In this document: one piece after another, positions 57,426 through 64,000 of the stretch
Layout of the letters: each line of letters starts with the position of its first letter
Position numbering within the stretch: the first letter of the stretch is position 1
Assembly (NCBI RefSeq): GCF_031769215.1
Contig: NW_026782259.1
Location: forward strand, 434,001-498,000
Direction of reading: 5' to 3'
Origin: Ylistrum balloti
Taxonomy: Eukaryota
DNA: 64,000 nucleotides
The notes under the pieces: generated by a model
What the model was told of the DNA's origin: nothing
Seen by the model: the letters and a program-made list of their open reading frames with translations, nothing else
Database searches by the model: none
Made by a program: the position numbers and the translations under genes

Positions 57426-59789
57426 AATATAACAACTATTATTGGCCGAAGAATCTTGCATAATTCAAAATACAAAATAAAAACACTACTGCATGTAAAC
57501 AATAAGTTGAGACTGCATTGCACTGGTGCTGTCTGCTTGGTTACTGTCGTCATACAGAAATTAATAAGGTTAACATTGAGGAAGAGGTGAAGCGCGGACC
57601 CTGTCAACTCTCTACTTTTTATGTTGTCCGAGAGAACCTAACGAAATAACCTCATTTAGCCTTTTAGATAAGCTTTTATAACATTATTTACATATTATCG
57701 GAAACTGTTCTCATCGTCATGATTGATTGATTTTGTTTTTGTTTTTTTAGTATGGTTCATTGGTAATACCAGATATAACACTGCAGAAGTCGCTTCATGG
57801 TGACCCATTGAACAACAAGAATTTTGACAAATACAAATAGTAACGTTACAAGATTGAACTGTCTGTTTAAGACACGCTCAGAATCTCAAAGAACGAGTAC
57901 GACAGGCATATTGCTGTCTATTAACCTACAATTAAAATGAGATGGTCACCACGTGACGTCAGTAACTATTGAATGGGAAGATTAATTTTTTTTCGAGGTG
58001 ATGATAATAACACGTCAGTTATATTTTAGCGTCTATTAACATGATTGCCTTTCTTGCTTAACTTTTTTACACCATAAATAGAGTATGGAACACTCCATTG
58101 TTTGTGCACCATTACGTAATTCCCCCGTAATAAATTGCTATTTAAGTTGACACCCGACATAAAAAACAAATGCCTGACTGTATGTATGTTTTCAAGATTG
58201 TGAGTTTTCCATCTCTGTGTAGTAACAAACTGCTTCCCACTGTGTTTAGTTGATTTAGTAATGTACGAGTTGTTCCGAATATCACGCTTTTCATTATAAA
58301 TGCCGAGACCTGATGGTATTCGAGAGATCAGTTTGATGAAGACTATGGAGAAGTTTTATGGTTGTCATCCTGATTTGACTTGAAAATATTTCCTCGTTCT
58401 GTATGTAATTGGGTGTGCTCAATGTCACTGTGTATGCCTTGTTATTACATATATTAATACTGTTTTACAAAAAGCTAAACCACTAGGACTGACCAAGATT
58501 TGCGAGGCAAATGTCGTTGATAAAGCAAAGAACGCTTAAGCGTACGAGACACCTGGTCTTCAATTCTCCGTCTAGTTTTTACAAGTGTTTTCGTAGTTAC
58601 CTATCATTTGTTCTTATTTTCAATTTGATTTATCGAGTGGTTGCACACCAGTAAAGTTTGTACGATGCAAACTCGAAAGCTTGTACAAAAGACATGTAAG
58701 GAATAAGAAATTCTGATACTCAACTCCGTGATCTTTCGTAAATGGTACTTATTATCATGAGAGCAAATAATTTGCACTGATGTTTAGTATGATACCCTAG
58801 AGGGCTTTTATGCCAATGACTTACAACCGAGTTTTTATTTGACAATGATATCACCGAAGGGAAGCTTCAGGGGACCATCGCTTGATATTAACGGTGTAAC
58901 AACGTATTTATCAAATATCTATAAAAAGTGATAAAAATACAATTACTATTGTAAAGATATAGCCATACAATGATATACATGACGCAATGGTATTTCCTCG
59001 GGAGTTAGTGTAATGGAAATGTTACAGGAAATACCTTCGGCAGTTCTCTATTTTTAGCAGTCCCGGCATGGTACGTGAACTTCACGGCACATGCAGACAA
59101 TTGCAATTTGTCCTCGGGTGAAGATGTTTCGTACATAAATCACACTTCATCGCACTTTAAGAATTACATAAATTAGCCTTAACGAATCAAATTTAAGGAA
59201 AAATCGTACTAATTAACATATGTGTTAACCATCTGTCATTTTATAGAAGATAGGATATGGTGAGTTACTACTGATACACAGAATACCGGGTGAGGTGAGT
59301 TGACATTTCTGTAGTCCACTTGACCAGAACATACCTTGTGTTTAATTCATTATTTACCTCTACTATTTCTTATTCATCTTTTTTATTTAAAAAGTGTTAT
59401 TCATTTGTGTATGTAATGTGTGACCCAAACACTCTGAATAAAATGAATATTGTACCGTTTTGTCTGGCATTCTTTAAGTTTGATTCATTATTTGGCTTTA
59501 CATTTTCTGTTTCTAAATCGGTATTGAAAAGAAGGTACCAATTATTTGTGTGTCGATCGTACAACCCTTTAACACGTCTTTTGTGTGATACTATATACTC
59601 GAGTACCAATTCTTCCTGTTCGGAACTTGTACGTGGGAAAATTGTGTGATTACTTTTCCAATAACAATATTAGAAGACAAAATATAACACGCCGAATATA
59701 TAGTTTGAAATTACATGCATTTAAATGTGTGTAGAATTCAGCTAAATATCCGTCCTTATTAATTTTAAAGTATTGGATAGAGATTAACA

Positions 59790-61005
59790 CACGCTGAAAT
59801 TAAACCAACGCTCGACATACATCTCATCATCTCTTAACCAACGCTCGACATACATCTCATCATCTCTTAACCAACGCTCGACATACATCTCATCATCTCT
59901 TAACCAACGCTCGACATACATCTCATCATCTCTTAACCATCGTTTGACATACATCTCATCATCTCTTAACCAACGCTCGACATACATCTCATCATCTCTT
60001 AACCATCGTTTGATATACATCTCATCATCTCTTAACCATCGTTTGACATACATCTCATCATCTCTTAACCATCGTTTGACATACATCTCATCATCTCTTA
60101 ACCAACGCTCGACATACATCTCATCATCTCTTAACCATCGTTTGACATACATCTCATCATCTCTTAACCATCGTTTGATATACATCTCATCATCTCTTAA
60201 CCATCGTTTGACATACATCTCATCATCTCTTAACCAACGCTCGACATACATCTCATCATCTCTTAACCATCGTTTGACATACATCTCATCATCTCTTAAC
60301 CATCGTTTGACATACATCTCATCATCTCTTAACCAACGCTCGACATACATCTCATCATCTCTTAACCATCGTTTGACATACATCTCATCATCTCTTAACC
60401 ATCGTTTGACATACATCTCATCATCTCTTAACCAACGCTCGACATACATCTCATCATCTCTTAACCAACGCTCGACATACATCTCATCATCTCTTAACCA
60501 TCGTTTGACATACATCTCATCATCTCTTAACCAACGCTCGACATACATCTCATCATCTCTTAACCATCGTTTGACATACATCTCATCATCTCTTAACCAA
60601 CGCTCGACATACATCTCATCTCTTAACCATCGTTTGACATACATCTCATCATCTCTTAACCATCGTTTGACATACATCTCATCATCTCTTAACCAACGCT
60701 CGACATACATCTCATCATCTCTTAACCATCGTTTGACATACATCTCATCATCTCTTAACCATCGTTTGACATACATCTCATCATCTCTTAACCAACGCTC
60801 GACATACATCTCATCATCTCTTAACCATCGTTTGATATACATCTCATCATCTCTTAACCAACGCTCGACATACATCTCATCATCTCTTAACCATCGTTTG
60901 ACATACATCTCATCATCTCTTAACCAACGCTCGACATACATCTCATCATCTCTTAACCAACGCTCGACATACATCTCATCATCTCTTAACCATCGTTTGA
61001 CATAC
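59790..61005. repeat. 33-bp minisatellite with two interspersed variants, about 37 copies
   Basis: CCATCGTTTGAC / CCAACGCTCGAC plus ATACATCTCATCATCTCTTAA. Confidence 0.95.
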
Positions 61006-61444
61006 ACCCCATCATTTTAAAGTTCGAGGAATACAGAGGTGTGCTAAAGATTTGTTTCATTTTAGCTATATTGTGATGTTCAATATTTTAATGGAATTCA
61101 GTTATGGAACTTTATACTGCCGCGTTGTGGAATTTAATCAGAAAGAACAGCCCCGACGCCAGATACTGTCAGGGGATTCATTATCGGCAACATTAAAGCC
61201 AAATATCGTGTTATGCCATTGAGTATAATGCAAAATCTCTGATGATAAAAGTCAAATAAGCAGCTGAACCGGCTTGAACTTGTCCCCGACGGTTAGGAAA
61301 CCACATAAGTTTGAAGTTCGAGCGTCCGAATCTGATCATTGCAATGGAACAGTTAATCAACACTGAAGCGTTTAGATGAAGTATTTATCAAACAGGTTTA
61401 CTATAGAGAAGTTTCCCCGATATATCAGGCGCTTGGGTTTACAT

Positions 61445-63015
61445 CAGATCACCAAGCCTTACTAGTCCTACATCAAAGCGACTGGATCAACAAGCCTTAC
61501 TAGTCCTACATCAAAGTGACTTGATCACCAAGTCTTACTAGTCCTACATCAAAGTGACTGGATCACCAAGTCTTACTAGTCCTACATCAAAGTGACTGGA
61601 TCACCAAGCCTTACCGGTCCTACATCAAAGTGACTGGATCACCAAGTCTTACTAGTCCTACATCAAAGTGACTGGATCACCAAGCCTTACCGGTCCTACA
61701 TCAAAGTGACTTGATCACCAAACCTTACCGGTCCTACATCAAAGTGACTTGATCACCAAACCTTATCACCAAGTCTTACTAGTCCTACATCAAAGTGACT
61801 GGATCACCAAGTCTTACTAGTCCTACATCAAAGTGACTGGATCACCAAGCCTTACCGGTCCTACATCAAAGTGACTGGATCACCAAGCCTTACTAGTCCT
61901 ACATCAAAGTGACTGGATCACCAAGCCTTACCGGTCCTACATCAAAGTGACTGGATCACCAAACCTTACTAGTCCTACATCAAAGTGACTGGATCACCAA
62001 GTCTTACCAGTCCTACATCAAAGTGACTAAGTCACCAAGCCTTGTTAGTCCTACATCAAAGTGACATGATCACCAAGCCTTACCGGTCCTACATCAAAGT
62101 GACTGGATCACCAAGTCTTACTAGTCCTACATCAAAGTGACTGGATCACCAAGTCTTACTAGTCCTACATCAAAGTGACTGGATCACCAAGCCTTACCGG
62201 TCCTACATCAAAGTGACTGGATCACCAAGTCTTACTAGTCCTACATCAAAGTGACTGGATCACCAAGTCTTGCAAGTCCTACATCAAAGTGACATGATCA
62301 CCAAGCCTTACCGGTCCTACATCAAAGTGACTGGATCACCAAGCCTTACCGGTCCTACATCAAAGTGACTGGATCACCAAGTCTTACTAGTCCTACATCA
62401 AAGTGACTGGGTCACCAAGCCTTGTTAGTCCTACATCAAAGTGACATGATCACCAAGCCTTACCGGTCCTACATCAAAGTGACTGGATTACCAAGTCTTA
62501 CTAGTCCTACATCAAAGTGACTGGATCACCAAGCCTTACCGGTCCTACATCAAAGTGACTGGATCACCAAGTCTTACTAGTCCTACATCAAAGTGACTGG
62601 ATCACCAAGCCTTACCGGTCCTACATCAAAGTGACTGGATCACCAAGTCTTACTAGTCCTACATCAATGTGACTGGATCACCAAGCCTTACCGGTCCTAC
62701 ATCAAAGTGACTGGATCACCAAGTCTTACTAGTCCTACATCAAAGTGACTGGATCACCAAGCCTTACCGGTCCTACATCAAAGTGACTGGATCACCAAAT
62801 CTTACTAGTCCTACATCAAAGTGACTGGATCACCAAGCCTTACCGGTCCTACATCAAAGTGACTGGATCACCAAGTCTTACCAGTCCTACATCAAAGTGA
62901 CTGGATCACCAAGTCTTACCAGTCCTACATCAAAGTGACTGGATCACCAAGCCTTACCGGTCCTACATCAAAGTGACTGGATCATCAAGTCTTACTAGTC
63001 CTACATCAAAGTGAC
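61445..63015. repeat. 38-bp minisatellite, about 41 copies
   Basis: GACTGGATCACCAAGCCTTACCGGTCCTACATCAAAGT and the ...GTCTTACTAGT variant. Confidence 0.95.
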
Positions 63016-63841
63016 CTGTATACTTATGGACCTCTCAGTATAACAAAGAATTACCAAAACATCTGTTCCTTGATGAAAGTAATCATGTATTCTGTCGTTT
63101 TGTCAATACACTATTTCGGTGAACGTACGTAACCAGACATTAACTGCTTATTTGTTCTGAGATATTTCCTTAAGTCTACCTCAATTAACTGGTATCGAGG
63201 CATCACACCAGCGTCACTCTTATTGCTTATTTTGCGTTCATTTTTGCTATAGACTATATTTCGTTATAATGTATATAAATAAAATATTTATTTCGACATA
63301 TCAGGATTGTATTTTGGGGTTAGATCATATCTCTGTAATTAAATGAAATATTAAGACCCTATTTAACTTTGTAACCCATCGCGAGATCTGCTGTGATTAT
63401 CACTTGAGAAGGCTTGGTATTGTGATGTACAACGAGTGTACCTTTAAAGTTTAGCCACCGCTGGACGGATTTAGATGGCTTCTCCAGATATTACACATAC
63501 ATTGGATATCAGATATTGGAGCGTGGAAGTACTAGTACACCACACTATTTAACCGACGCAAGTTGACTTTTAACAAATATGGATTCCACCAGTGTACGTA
63601 AGTTGACCATAACTCGCTTTTTTTTTTTTTTTTAAAATGTCGTATCCTGCATGTCATGTTTTATTTCATTCTAATCACGACACAGAAAATTACAGATGTA
63701 TCCTACCTGACATCATCTGATATATGAAAATTACGAAATTTATTGAACCATGGAGCTAGTATACCTCTCCATCTTGATATTTACATTTCTTTTGATCAAT
63801 TTTTCCCCATATCAACTCCAAGGTACAAAATTGTAGGCCTT

Positions 63842-64000
63842 TAGCATCACTGAAGAGTCCTAGCAGGACAAACGGCTGTATCATGTAGCATCACTGACGA
63901 GTCCTAGAAGGACAAACAGCTGTATGATGAAGCATCACTGACGAGTCCTAGAAGGACAAACAGCTGTATGATATAGAATCACTGACGAGTCCTAGAAGGA
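63842..64000. repeat. 44-bp tandem repeat running off the window end
   Basis: TAGCATCACTGACGAGTCCTAGAAGGACAAACAGCTGTATGATG at 63842, 63886, 63930 and 63974. Confidence 0.88.

Noticed and set aside
59784-61020. 407-aa MYVKRWLRDDE and 358-aa TYISSSLNHRL ORFs as genes
   Set aside because: Pure 33-bp repeat with no non-repetitive coding flanks.
722-63015. CRISPR-like appearance of 28-44-bp repeats
   Set aside because: The units are head-to-tail with no unique spacers, there are no cas genes, and the context is eukaryotic.

Overview
AT-rich, intron-rich animal genomic DNA, most likely a bivalve mollusc (inferred from HINE-type MITEs, V/CORE-type SINEs and minisatellite-packed introns). Three spliced protein-coding genes were reconstructed by hand from GT-AG sites and phase continuity: (1) JARID2/Jumonji on the minus strand (CDS 31386->4517, about 21 coding exons); (2) PIGT, a GPI-transamidase subunit, on the plus strand, head-to-head with JARID2 (CDS 33071->41755, 10 exons, about 619 aa); (3) a 246-aa single-pass membrane protein with a six-Cys ectodomain and PPxY motifs (Shisa-like/WBP1-VOPP1-type) on the minus strand (55404->51204, 3 exons). 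About 20 tandem arrays (units 17-87 bp) explain most long ORFs in the track. Two observations stand out. First, several arrays were seeded exactly on splice junctions and multiply them: 18 tandem donors after PIGT exon 4, 8 after PIGT exon 6, and 7 decoy acceptors before a JARID2 ARID exon. Second, JARID2 has two phase-compatible alternative linker exons, a 3.65-kb repeat-expanded S/T-rich exon and an 817-nt K/R-rich exon. All gene models are sequence-only, homologue comparisons are from memory, and no database search was run.
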